DNA of 64,000 bases from assembly GCA_963674825.1 (NCBI GenBank), contig OY771587.1, positions 2,848,001 through 2,912,000 on the forward strand. Direction: 5' to 3'. Every line of letters begins with the position of its first letter. Within the stretch, counting starts at the first letter, position 1. The notes beneath the pieces were generated by a model. The model saw only the letters and a list, made by a program, of their open reading frames with translations, had not been told where the DNA came from and did not search any database. Position numbers and translations under genes: made by a program. This document shows positions 50,045 through 58,656 of the stretch, piece after piece. Origin of the DNA: Candidatus Cloacimonadales bacterium. Its GTDB lineage: Bacteria; Cloacimonadota; Cloacimonadia; Cloacimonadales; JAIOQZ01.

Positions 50045-50675
50045 AGCCGCCCAACCCATAGCTCAAGTAGAAGCAACGGTCGCGCAAGTACTTGAGTTTC
50101 TCAATCGGTGTGTTCTCATCGAATTCGGGGAGTTCGAGGTCTTTTCGCTCGCAGTCATGCTCGATTTCTTTGATAATCCTTTCTCGCTCGTTCATGCGGT
50201 ACTTACTCAATTGCTGGCAAGTGCCTTTATACGCACTCCAGGGACGGAATGTCGGCTTAAACTCTTTCTGTGTGTAAATTCCACAATACTTTGAAATACA
50301 GCCGTCGATGACCAGAATGCGCAGATAGCGATAGACGGTCTCCTGACTGTACGGCGTGTGTTTTCTAATATCATCGATGTGCGGGTGCTTTGCGACCAAA
50401 TCATAGAAGTGCTGGAGCTTATCCATGCGAGGCGTCCAGTCGCTACGCTTCCCCGTCGGCGTGTTCTGCGCCACGGGAACCTTCCCGAAGATGTTTCCGC
50501 CCGGCTCGCGGAGCATCACCCGGATGCGCCCCTCGCGCACGAACTGCGGCAGCAGGTTGCGGACGGTCTTCGGGTGAATGCCGGTGTCGTTCGCTACGTC
50601 CTTCACGGTGAAGGGCCGCTTGTGATACTCGACAAAGCGGTCGATGACGCGCTTCGCGGGGATGTTAGGACGCAT
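50031..50675 (-). CDS. Winged-HTH hypothetical protein
   Basis: FTVKDVANDTGIHPKTVRN HTH; coupled to the ATPase gene. Confidence 0.55.
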   Translation of the reverse strand: MRPNIPAKRVIDRFVEYHKRPFTVKDVANDTGIHPKTVRNLLPQFVREGRIRVMLREPGGNIFGKVPVAQNTPTGKRSDWTPRMDKLQHFYDLVAKHPHIDDIRKHTPYSQETVYRYLRILVIDGCISKYCGIYTQKEFKPTFRPWSAYKGTCQQLSKYRMNERERIIKEIEHDCERKDLELPEFDENTPIEKLKYLRDRCFYLSYGLGGYDQG

Positions 50676-51399
50676 TCTTCAACTCCTGCGTTTCGAGCAA
50701 ATCGCTGAGCGCGACCTCGGACAGGTTCTTGGATGCGGCCACCTTCTCGACAGCTTCGATGATCTTGATCATTTGGCGGAAGTTGCCGTGGGTTGTCTTG
50801 TAGATGTACGTCACCAAGTCGGGACGCATCTTCACCTCGGAGACGGCTTTGCAGACCAGATCGACATCCTCTCGTGACAACTTCTTGAACTCGTAGAAGT
50901 AGTTGCACCGATCGAAGTAGTGCGCGTTGGCCTTGAGCAGTTTCTCACGGGCATCCTTCATACCGACCAGCACCACAATGGCCAGCGTCTCGTCCACGAT
51001 GTCTCGAATCGATCCGAGTAGCATCGGCTGGTTGAAGGCGTAGTCGATTTCGTCGATGACAATGACCGCCTCCGGATACGAGTGCAACACGCTGATGCAC
51101 CTGCGCAGAAGCGTACTCGTCGAGCCGTGCAGGTTATCGTCCGTGTGACCGAAGCGGTAATTGATCAGTCGCAGCAGCTCCCGCGCGAACACCTTGGCCG
51201 TCATCGACGCTTCGAGTCGCAGGTAGATGTAGTCGTTGGCGTAGGCAAGCCGCTTGGCGAAGCGGGTCTTGCCCAGTCCCGGCGCGCCATACAGAAGTCC
51301 CAGTCCGACCATCTCGGTCTTGGGTCTGCTCTGCAAGTAGGCGATACATTTCTTCGCCCCGCGAACGTTTGATGTCTCTGCTAATACCCTTTCCTTCAT
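50665..51399 (-). CDS. MuB-like AAA+ transposition ATPase
   Basis: GAPGLGKT, IVIDEID, VVLVG, GNFR; follows the transposase. Confidence 0.85.
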   Translation of the reverse strand: MKERVLAETSNVRGAKKCIAYLQSRPKTEMVGLGLLYGAPGLGKTRFAKRLAYANDYIYLRLEASMTAKVFARELLRLINYRFGHTDDNLHGSTSTLLRRCISVLHSYPEAVIVIDEIDYAFNQPMLLGSIRDIVDETLAIVVLVGMKDAREKLLKANAHYFDRCNYFYEFKKLSREDVDLVCKAVSEVKMRPDLVTYIYKTTHGNFRQMIKIIEAVEKVAASKNLSEVALSDLLETQELKNAS

Positions 51400-51411
51400 G
51401 TTCTCCTCCGT

Positions 51412-53394
51412 CTATCCTATTCCAATTGCTTTCATCAGTTCTGCGAAGCTGGGTTCGTCATCCTCGCCAGACTTTCGCTCTTCTTGAATGGTCTCGGTCT
51501 CCGCCGACGCTCTGACGATGTCATCGATGGTCAGCGTCGGTTCCGGTTGCTCGATCAGCGGCTGGTCGGCGAAGATTTCACCGATCTGGTCGGTCGCCGG
51601 TTGCTGTATCTGGCCGACGGCTTCGTTGACCTTCAGAAGTATCTTCTCGGACGATTCCTGCACGTTCTTCTCGAGCTTGCGAATGCCCTGTAGCTCTTTC
51701 TGAAGGGCCTTCTGTGCCTGCGGCTTGTCCTTGGCGAGATGGATGAATGGATGCTGGTGTCGTCGCGCTTCGGCCTGACAAATGAAGCGGTTTTTCGCGT
51801 CGTAAACGAGCACCGAGCGCATGTCCATCAGGTCGTAACGTATCGTGACCTTGTCGCCGATGTGCTGTATGAGCTCGTCGTGCCAGAAGTGGATGTTGCT
51901 GAATCTGACTCCCGATGCCTGCACCACACGGTCGGTGGCCGCGAGCATTAGGAAGTTGAGCCTTGCTGGATCAATTTTCTGGTCGTCAGGCACGATGGCG
52001 TTGTGAAAAACCTCGGCCGGTTTCGCGCCGTTGAGTCCACCATGGGGTGTCAGGCCGTACATCTTCTCGATGTAGAGTCCGATCATCGCCTTCGCCTGCG
52101 GGATGGTCAGCGGTTTGCCAGCGAAGATGTTTCTGACCCATTTCTCATTGCGCTTCAGCGTCGCAGGTTTGTCATTGATGGAGCCGCCCCGGAAGGTCGT
52201 CATGTACCGCTCAAAATCGTCCTGAAACGTTCTGAAGAACCTCTCGACTACCTTGGCGCGCGCGTTGTAGGCCTTGGCGAACGCCACTCCGATGCCGAGT
52301 CGCGGGAAGATACCCTCCAGCTCCTTGCTCAAGTCGTGCTTCTCCCACTGCTTGTTGAACAACTTCGAGCGGAAGGCCTTGCCATTGTCCAAATAGACGT
52401 ATTTCGGCCTGCCACCCCAGTGCATGATCGAATTGCGAAGTGCGAGAAGAACATGCTGTGAGTCTTCCGAGACCGCCAGCGACGCTCCCACCGGATAACG
52501 GGAAGCCCAGTCGAAGAACATGATCATCGTCATGCGTCTGGGTTTTCCGGTAGCCGGATCGATGATGTCGAAGGCGAGCTTGTGGCCGTCAGCAACCCAT
52601 ACGTCGCCGACCTCGAGTTCGTCACTGCGAAGGACACTGAGAATGCCTGTTTCTTTGAGGCTCTTCTTGCCATTGCGGAGCAAGTTCCACTCAGGCTTGT
52701 GGCTGTCGCGCCACTCCTCGCACCAGCGGCGGAGGGTTATCTTGCTGGCGGGTGACTCGAACCTATCGAGTGCCTCCATCTGTTTGAGCTTCCTGATGGC
52801 TGATCCGATGGTGACGCGATTCGGATTGAGTAACAGGTGGAGCAGGAAATTCTTCTCCGTCTCAGTGAGGTTTCGTTCCGGCTGCCCAAGCTTACGGCTT
52901 CGAATCAACACCTCGCTGCTCCTACTCGCGGCTTCATACTGCTTCACCCAGCGTCGAAGCGTACGCTCTCCATGCTTACCTTCAAGCTTGAACAACTCAG
53001 GAAGCAAATCACCAGCATTGTAGCTCGCAGTCATTGACTTCCACGTCTCCGTCCGCGATTCCGACTCATCGAGCTCTTCGATAATCAACTCGCATAGCCT
53101 TGCACGCAGATCAGCTTGTTTCTGCAGATCAAGCGGAACAACGATCTTGGGGCGTAAATCAGGGATTGAGTCGTCAATCGCAGCAGGCAATGACTCCGTG
53201 AGAGTGGGAAACGGCGTTACCTGACCTGTCTTTTCTACGAGATAATCGTCTGGCACCTCATAGAGCTTCCTATGACCTCCGTGCTCCATCTTGACTTGTT
53301 TTGTCGACCATGCCTGCTTCTTTGCGATTTTATACAGACCAGGTCGAGTAACATCCAACATATCGCACAATTCATTACTCGATAGCCAAGTCAT
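51412..53394 (-). CDS. MuA-like DDE transposase
   Basis: WVADGH (D), YLDNGKAF (D), KVVERFF (E); N-terminal HTH; C-terminal V.IRYD.D.R Mu-transposase C domain. Confidence 0.9.
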   Translation of the reverse strand: MTWLSSNELCDMLDVTRPGLYKIAKKQAWSTKQVKMEHGGHRKLYEVPDDYLVEKTGQVTPFPTLTESLPAAIDDSIPDLRPKIVVPLDLQKQADLRARLCELIIEELDESESRTETWKSMTASYNAGDLLPELFKLEGKHGERTLRRWVKQYEAASRSSEVLIRSRKLGQPERNLTETEKNFLLHLLLNPNRVTIGSAIRKLKQMEALDRFESPASKITLRRWCEEWRDSHKPEWNLLRNGKKSLKETGILSVLRSDELEVGDVWVADGHKLAFDIIDPATGKPRRMTMIMFFDWASRYPVGASLAVSEDSQHVLLALRNSIMHWGGRPKYVYLDNGKAFRSKLFNKQWEKHDLSKELEGIFPRLGIGVAFAKAYNARAKVVERFFRTFQDDFERYMTTFRGGSINDKPATLKRNEKWVRNIFAGKPLTIPQAKAMIGLYIEKMYGLTPHGGLNGAKPAEVFHNAIVPDDQKIDPARLNFLMLAATDRVVQASGVRFSNIHFWHDELIQHIGDKVTIRYDLMDMRSVLVYDAKNRFICQAEARRHQHPFIHLAKDKPQAQKALQKELQGIRKLEKNVQESSEKILLKVNEAVGQIQQPATDQIGEIFADQPLIEQPEPTLTIDDIVRASAETETIQEERKSGEDDEPSFAELMKAIGIG

Positions 53395-53627
53395 CCTATC
53401 CTCCTTCTCGCGTCTCTCGCATTTATGCTATATGCTTCTCCAGTAATCTGACTCAATTCCGGTTCGAGAAGTTCGAGGAATGCATCTGCTTTTCGCATAT
53501 TCTTCTCGCCCTTCATATAATATTCCAACATCCGCATCGAAATTCCTATGGTTTCCGAAATCTCGGAAATGCTGATTCCCTTAAGCTTTATGGCTGCTTT
53601 GAACTGGTTTTGCGTGTGCTTTTTCAA
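53391..53627 (-). CDS. Ner/Cro-like HTH regulator
   Basis: KGISISEISETIGIS HTH; first gene of the early operon, divergent from the repressor. Confidence 0.7.
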   Translation of the reverse strand: MKKHTQNQFKAAIKLKGISISEISETIGISMRMLEYYMKGEKNMRKADAFLELLEPELSQITGEAYSINARDARRRIG

Positions 53628-53699
53628 TCCGTTCTCCCTTCCGTTGAAAATTTTCCATTGACATCGGTTCGTGTTTGTGCAATTTCGAGTTCATGCATC

Positions 53700-53742
53700 A
53701 TTAAAGAAGAATTGCGTGAGAAATGTCAACAGATTTCTCGCA
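53700..53742 (-). promoter_or_regulatory. Early promoter with overlapping operator-like palindrome
   Basis: TTGACA-N18-TTTAAT on minus; GAGAAAT-N8-ATTTCTC palindrome spans the -35. Confidence 0.55.
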
Positions 53743-53770
53743 TAAACTGTAAGTCATTGCAGGAGAAAGC

Positions 53771-54514
53771 ATGGAAGTAAAAGACAGATTGGCGGCTGTA
53801 ATTAAGTCGTTAGAAATGAAAAAGATGGATTTTGCGTCGTCTATCGGCGTGTCGACCGGAAACCTTTCGGACTGGCTCTCTGACAAGAAAAAAAGCAAGC
53901 CATCCATTGATGCGCTGGTTCGTATTTGCGAAATGCATGCCGTGAACATGAACTGGTTGCTCACTGGTCAAGGCTCGATGTTCATCGATCCGTATCCTGA
54001 AGCGTTACTCGAGACCGAGGATGGTAGGAAAAAGCGACTCGAAATGCTCAAGCACACGGTCAAGACAATCGACGGCAGGCCGTATAATCCGTCGGACAAC
54101 TACTTCAGCCGGACGGTGAGTCTGCCGGTGGAAGCGGAGATTGCGGCGGGGCCTCCCGTGAAGGCGAAGAAAGACAGCCTCGCGTATATCGAAATCCCGC
54201 GCGTGTTCCTTTCGAGTGATACGGTGAACTACTGCGTGTTCCGAGTGAACGGACACAGTATGGAGCCGAACATCCATCATGGCGACATCGTTGTCATCCA
54301 TTACAACTACGACTGGACGAGTCTCGATGGTAAGGTCTGCGCTATTCGAACCGATGATGGCATCACGCTGAAGAAGGTGCAGCTCGTTCCGAAGCACAAA
54401 CAGGTACTCCTCCTCCCATTCAACAAAGACTACAATGTCATCGTGCTCGACGAGGATTCACCAATGGATGTTCACCTCGTGGGCGTGGTCGTCATCCAGT
54501 TCAGACTCTACTAA
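53771..54514 (+). CDS. Phage repressor, XRE HTH + S24 peptidase
   Basis: HTH; NMNWLLTGQGSM; AG cleavage site (IAAG); VNGHSMEP (Ser); TLKK (Lys). Confidence 0.9.
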   Translation: MEVKDRLAAVIKSLEMKKMDFASSIGVSTGNLSDWLSDKKKSKPSIDALVRICEMHAVNMNWLLTGQGSMFIDPYPEALLETEDGRKKRLEMLKHTVKTIDGRPYNPSDNYFSRTVSLPVEAEIAAGPPVKAKKDSLAYIEIPRVFLSSDTVNYCVFRVNGHSMEPNIHHGDIVVIHYNYDWTSLDGKVCAIRTDDGITLKKVQLVPKHKQVLLLPFNKDYNVIVLDEDSPMDVHLVGVVVIQFRLY

Positions 54515-54547
54515 TCAGCCGACAGGGTTCCTAACGGTTTTTGCTTG

Positions 54548-54575
54548 ACCCGACTTTAACCAGTCGGGTTTCTTG
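54548..54575 (+). terminator. Repressor terminator
   Basis: ACCCGACT-TTAACC-AGTCGGGT-TTCTT. Confidence 0.7.
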
Positions 54576-54583
54576 TTGGGTGT

Positions 54584-54896
54584 GGTTACTATCGTGCGAA
54601 TTATCGCCGGTTACTACCGATTGGTTACTATCGGCTGTTGGTTCGGGTTACTACCGAGTTACTATCGGTTGGTTACTATCGCTGATTTTCGGTTACTATC
54701 GCAAGCTCAAAGGCTTTCGCACTATCTCGCGAAATATGAAGGAACTAAACAGCCTCGAAAGTGAACCCGATGTGCCATCTTCGGGATACTGAAAGGGACG
54801 ATAGTAACCGGCCTTGCCAACAAGTTACTATCGCCCAATATGGCCTAACAGATTATAGCGTCGCAGGATGTCCCGTCCCCCCGATCGATAGTAACT
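54584..54896. repeat. Array of ten RGTTACTAYCG motifs
   Basis: Direct copies at 54584, 54609, 54623, 54646, 54657, 54671, 54691, 54823; inverted at 54799, 54886. Confidence 0.9.
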
Positions 54897-55002
54897 TCTG
54901 CCATGGGGGGTGAGACTTTATAATGGATATAGTTGAACTATCGCTTCAAAATTGGGTGGTCTATAGTGGCTGGCCTATCGCGGTCTATCGTCCAAAGTTT
55001 AC

Positions 55003-55067
55003 CGGTGTCGTCTCTTACCCCTAATCAGGCAGCGATAGGTCAGCTTGTCAAGGGGGGAGACTTTATA
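55003..55067. repeat. ~65-bp direct repeat, copy 1
   Basis: GGTGTCGTC...CCCTAATCAGGCAGCGATAGGTCAGCTTGTCAAGGGGGGAGACTTTATA; second copy at 57395-57457. Confidence 0.85.
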
Positions 55068-55238
55068 CTTGAAGCATGTAATCTGAGCGATACAAATCAA
55101 CTGATGAGTCGATTGAAAAGGCTGAATATAAAGCAGAAGAGAGTATAATGAAGCTTAACAATATCGCATTTCTCATCAATCCCCTTTTCAACGGGAAGGA
55201 CCATCAAGAAAGTTTTGTCGGATTCTAATGATAGTCCA

Positions 55239-57218
55239 TCACTTCACAAGCAGCGCCTTCCGCATCAGGTTGACATCGTCGGTCGTGAGCTTGAGCAAAT
55301 AGACGCCCGACGCGACATCCTGCCCACGATCGTTGGTGCCGTTCCAGGAAACGTGGTGCTGCCCGGCGTCGTAGAATGCATCGGCGAGAGTTCGCACCTT
55401 CCTGCCACGGACGTCGTAGATATCGATCCGGACAGGCGATTCGTGCTTCAGCGTGAACGACACGATCGTGGAAGGGTTGAACGGATTGGGGTAATTGGCA
55501 AGACTCCAGTCGTACTGCGGCACTGTGGGATCGTCGTCCGAAAGCGGCTCGACGTGGATAAGCCAGTTGAGCCAGGAAGAGGTAAAGCCATCGTTGATTT
55601 CGCAATCGACTGTGTGATCACCGATTTCATCGAAGCATATTGATATCGTATGGAACGTATGCGTGAATTCTTCCGAATCCAGGTACCATTTATGCGTAAT
55701 GATTTCATCATCCATGTCCTCGTGATCCATGGTAAACATGACATACTCATTTTCGACTACGGTCATCTCCATTTCTTGTGGAGAATAGCTGATGAATTCG
55801 GGTGCTCTGTTTACCATGTTGATGTAGTTTTCACGGACAAGAGAATCACGCACACCATCACAAATCGTAATAAGTTTAACGGTATATACGCCAGGCGAAT
55901 CGTACAAGTGTTGTGGGCACCTCGAGTACGAATCGATTTCTCCATCGTTATCGAAATCCCATCTCCAGCTTTCTACTCCGTGCAGTGACATGTCAGCAAA
56001 GGTAATGGTTGCCGGCGGATGGAGCTTGGTATGGTCCGCTACAAAATAGGTGGCAGTCAATGAGTCCACGGTTACATCCATAAGGAAATCATAGGCTTCT
56101 GTCGCCATGGCTTGCTGTGTTTCAAGAATTGTCTCATCGTCTGGCATCTCGTTTGTCCAGCTATCGAAGTATTCGTCAAACTCATCAAAAAGCTGGTCTT
56201 CCATGGGAAAAATCTGGTCCCAAAGGCCGGTACCATCTTCGTTACGAAGCTTGTATGTATCTACGTATTTGCTATTGTTCGATAAATCGAATACATGGGC
56301 TCGTATCTCGGCAGCCCTTGTGTAGAGCGCTGAAGAATCTTGGGTGTTTGCCTCCATTGGCGGCTCGCCGACAGGGAAAATCGGGAATGCAATCGCACAG
56401 GTGGGATGTCCAAGCATCGTCCACATGGTGCTCAAACAAGGAGACTCGCCCGTCAAAACACCACGAAAGACCGCAACGGCTCTCGTATCGTCCGAGCAAA
56501 TGCTGTAATTGGATGGAATATAACCCCATGATATATCATTATTTGTATAGCCTTGGTACGGGATATCGTACGGATCAATATAATAATCGCAGAAATCGCG
56601 ACTATGAATCTGCAAAATCGACCGGTAGTTGATGCTGTCTGATAAAAGCAACTCCTGGAGTACATTATTGCTGCGGATATACCCAATAAAATCATCATCT
56701 CGACCACCAGGAGAATAATTCGTACGAACGATGAAGCCATTCTCTGCGTCCATCGTATCAAATTTGCTATAGGACCACGAACCAATTTCATACATGGCGG
56801 CAGCGCCGGTACTGTCGATCACGGCGAAGTTTCCATTCGTCTCTCTTCCCGTAAGATTTGTGCTGTCGAGAATAGCTTCGAATTCCTCCAAGGTATCGCA
56901 CCTGGGAAGGCAATACATCATCAGGCCACCATTGCCCATAGTTCGATCCAAGTCGTTTGCCAATGAATTGCTAATCGCGAATCCCTTATCGTTGATGCCC
57001 ATCCAAATGTAGCTAGCCCCGGTACTACCTACACCTATGAATCGGTTACTCCCATTATCAAAATAACGGACAACCTGTTCCGTTTCGATATCGCGACTTT
57101 TCCACATCAGGGGTCTGCCATCAGTTGTGGCGGAACCATTCGCGACACCGATAACCGTAGCGAAAATATTAAGGAAGTTCAGAGAAATCACAGACAACAG
57201 AATCAATCTTAGTTTCAT
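55239..57218 (-). CDS. Secreted Ntn-hydrolase (C45/C69-like) + PKD + CTD protein
   Basis: Signal peptide; ATTDGRPLMWKSRD, WMGIN..GFAI.N, VRTNY; PKD WDFDNDG...PGVYTVKL; CTD. Confidence 0.8.
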   Translation of the reverse strand: MKLRLILLSVISLNFLNIFATVIGVANGSATTDGRPLMWKSRDIETEQVVRYFDNGSNRFIGVGSTGASYIWMGINDKGFAISNSLANDLDRTMGNGGLMMYCLPRCDTLEEFEAILDSTNLTGRETNGNFAVIDSTGAAAMYEIGSWSYSKFDTMDAENGFIVRTNYSPGGRDDDFIGYIRSNNVLQELLLSDSINYRSILQIHSRDFCDYYIDPYDIPYQGYTNNDISWGYIPSNYSICSDDTRAVAVFRGVLTGESPCLSTMWTMLGHPTCAIAFPIFPVGEPPMEANTQDSSALYTRAAEIRAHVFDLSNNSKYVDTYKLRNEDGTGLWDQIFPMEDQLFDEFDEYFDSWTNEMPDDETILETQQAMATEAYDFLMDVTVDSLTATYFVADHTKLHPPATITFADMSLHGVESWRWDFDNDGEIDSYSRCPQHLYDSPGVYTVKLITICDGVRDSLVRENYINMVNRAPEFISYSPQEMEMTVVENEYVMFTMDHEDMDDEIITHKWYLDSEEFTHTFHTISICFDEIGDHTVDCEINDGFTSSWLNWLIHVEPLSDDDPTVPQYDWSLANYPNPFNPSTIVSFTLKHESPVRIDIYDVRGRKVRTLADAFYDAGQHHVSWNGTNDRGQDVASGVYLLKLTTDDVNLMRKALLVK

Positions 57219-57298
57219 ATAACCTCCTATTTTCAACAAGAATAGGAAGCGACTTCAAGCCTGGCAAGAAAAATTTTACAGAATGCCGAAAATCTTGA

Positions 57299-57402
57299 TC
57301 ACTTCACAAGCAGCGCGTTCCGCATCAGATTGACATCGTCGGTCGTGAGCTTGAGCAAATAGACGCCCGATGCGACTCCCTGCCCACGGTCGTTGGTGTC
57401 GT
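57299..57402 (-). pseudogene. Orphan 3' fragment of a CTD-coding sequence
   Basis: Near-identical (about 7 substitutions in ~100 bp) to 55239-55342, including the stop codon. Confidence 0.85.
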
Positions 57403-57457
57403 CACTCAACCCTAATCAAGCAGCGATAGGTCAGCTTGCCAAGGGGGGGACTTTATA
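57395..57457. repeat. ~65-bp direct repeat, copy 2
   Basis: GGTGTCGTC...CCCTAATCAAGCAGCGATAGGTCAGCTTGCCAAGGGGGGGACTTTATA. Confidence 0.85.
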
Positions 57458-57645
57458 ATAGGTGAAAAGGCGCGCTGTGCCTGGGTACGCAGGCGTCTCG
57501 TCAGTGTTACCATGTTCAGCTTCTGTAGCCACCGTGAAAACATGCCGCGTATGTTTTTTAGAAAATCAGTAACAGGAAACATTAATATTGACAATAATCA
57601 TGACACCTTTCCAATATTTATTTAGCGCAATATATGGAGGAACCC

Positions 57646-58656
57646 ATGAAAGTCAATTTCATTATAGTCCACGAGTTAAAGAAACTTCAACATGTGCAAG
57701 GCGCAGAATTGATTTCTTCAAACACTGTTATGCCGCTAAATCAGTCCTCAATCGCATTAATAACTGAATTGAACAAGCGATTTCAAGGACAGAATTCATT
57801 CAATGCCCAGTTTGGTGATGCAGGAAAAGTGTTCCCATCGAAATTTTTACTATATCGTAACTACCGAAATGAGGATACCTTTATTGACTTTACTACCAGT
57901 GTATGTGACGATTTACGAAGTAGAATTGAATTAAGCGCTCCTGCTAAAGGAGGGTATCTTGTTTTCGCAGATTATGAAGAGTATGGAAGCTTTGTGGCCG
58001 TCTTTCTTATCAGAAACAAAGATGGCATGCTCTTCGTAAGGAGCGATAATGGATATGTTTTAGCTAACAATATTCAGCATATTGATTTTGAAAGTATGGC
58101 AATGGCATGTAGAATAAACTGCGGTGTTCTTAGCAAACTGGATAGCGATGAGAGATATCTACGGTTCACCAAAAGAGATAGTGAAGATATTTCTGCCTAT
58201 TTCAGAGAATGGATAACTGTCAAAGACACTGAAAGTATGAAAGAAAATACTAGGAATTTATATCAAGCGCTGAAAGAGATTCCCAAACGATTAGACTCAG
58301 AAGGCAATGAGCTTAGCGAGGATGAATTAATGGTGAAGGCGGTTACTTATATTAAAGATAATCGAAAACGAGTCAATCTTAGATTGCTGAGTTTGTATTT
58401 ATATGCAGATGATAATGTAATTCGCGATTATGCTCATGAAAATAATTTAGCACTTGATAGCGAATTTGTTGCTGATTCAAGAATGCTAAATCGCTACACT
58501 CTTGTCAAGGCAAAGGCGGGAGATTTGGAATTGAAATTTCCAAGAAGATACTATAACAATAAAGTGTCAATTCATCCGAATAAAGATATTATAACAATCA
58601 ACTCTCATGATCTAGCTGAAGAAATACGAAAAATTGTGGGGACTAATGAAATCTGA
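57646..58656 (+). CDS. Nucleoid-associated protein (YejK/NdpA, NA37-like)
   Basis: IIVHEL.K N-terminus; AKGGYLVFADY; HID...MAMACRIN; YLRF...ISAYF; GGAGG RBS. Confidence 0.75.
   Translation: MKVNFIIVHELKKLQHVQGAELISSNTVMPLNQSSIALITELNKRFQGQNSFNAQFGDAGKVFPSKFLLYRNYRNEDTFIDFTTSVCDDLRSRIELSAPAKGGYLVFADYEEYGSFVAVFLIRNKDGMLFVRSDNGYVLANNIQHIDFESMAMACRINCGVLSKLDSDERYLRFTKRDSEDISAYFREWITVKDTESMKENTRNLYQALKEIPKRLDSEGNELSEDELMVKAVTYIKDNRKRVNLRLLSLYLYADDNVIRDYAHENNLALDSEFVADSRMLNRYTLVKAKAGDLELKFPRRYYNNKVSIHPNKDIITINSHDLAEEIRKIVGTNEI

Larger units (their letters stand above)
20692..54917. mobile_element. Mu-like transposable prophage (~34.2 kb) with internal ~11 kb cargo
   Basis: Repressor-ner-transposase-ATPase module, terminase, portal, capsid, tail and tape measure genes. 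Imperfect terminal IR TGTCTCACCC-N4-TGGCA / TGCCA-N4-GGGTGAGACT. Right boundary less certain. Confidence 0.85.

Noticed and set aside
50665..53394. Tn7-like/CAST TnsB-TnsC module
   Set aside because: No TniQ/TnsD, TnsA or cas genes; the context (repressor, ner, DUF3164, terminase, virion genes) is a Mu-like phage
54584..54701. CRISPR array
   Set aside because: Repeats are only 10-11 bp with 0-14 bp irregular gaps, and there are no cas genes
55239..57402. Diversity-generating retroelement (VR at the gene 3' end, TR at 57299-57402)
   Set aside because: Mismatches are not confined to adenines on either strand, and no reverse transcriptase is present in the window
55003..57457. Integron attC cassette array
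   Set aside because: Repeats lack RYYYAAC/GTTRRRY cores and the attC hairpin, and there is no integron integrase
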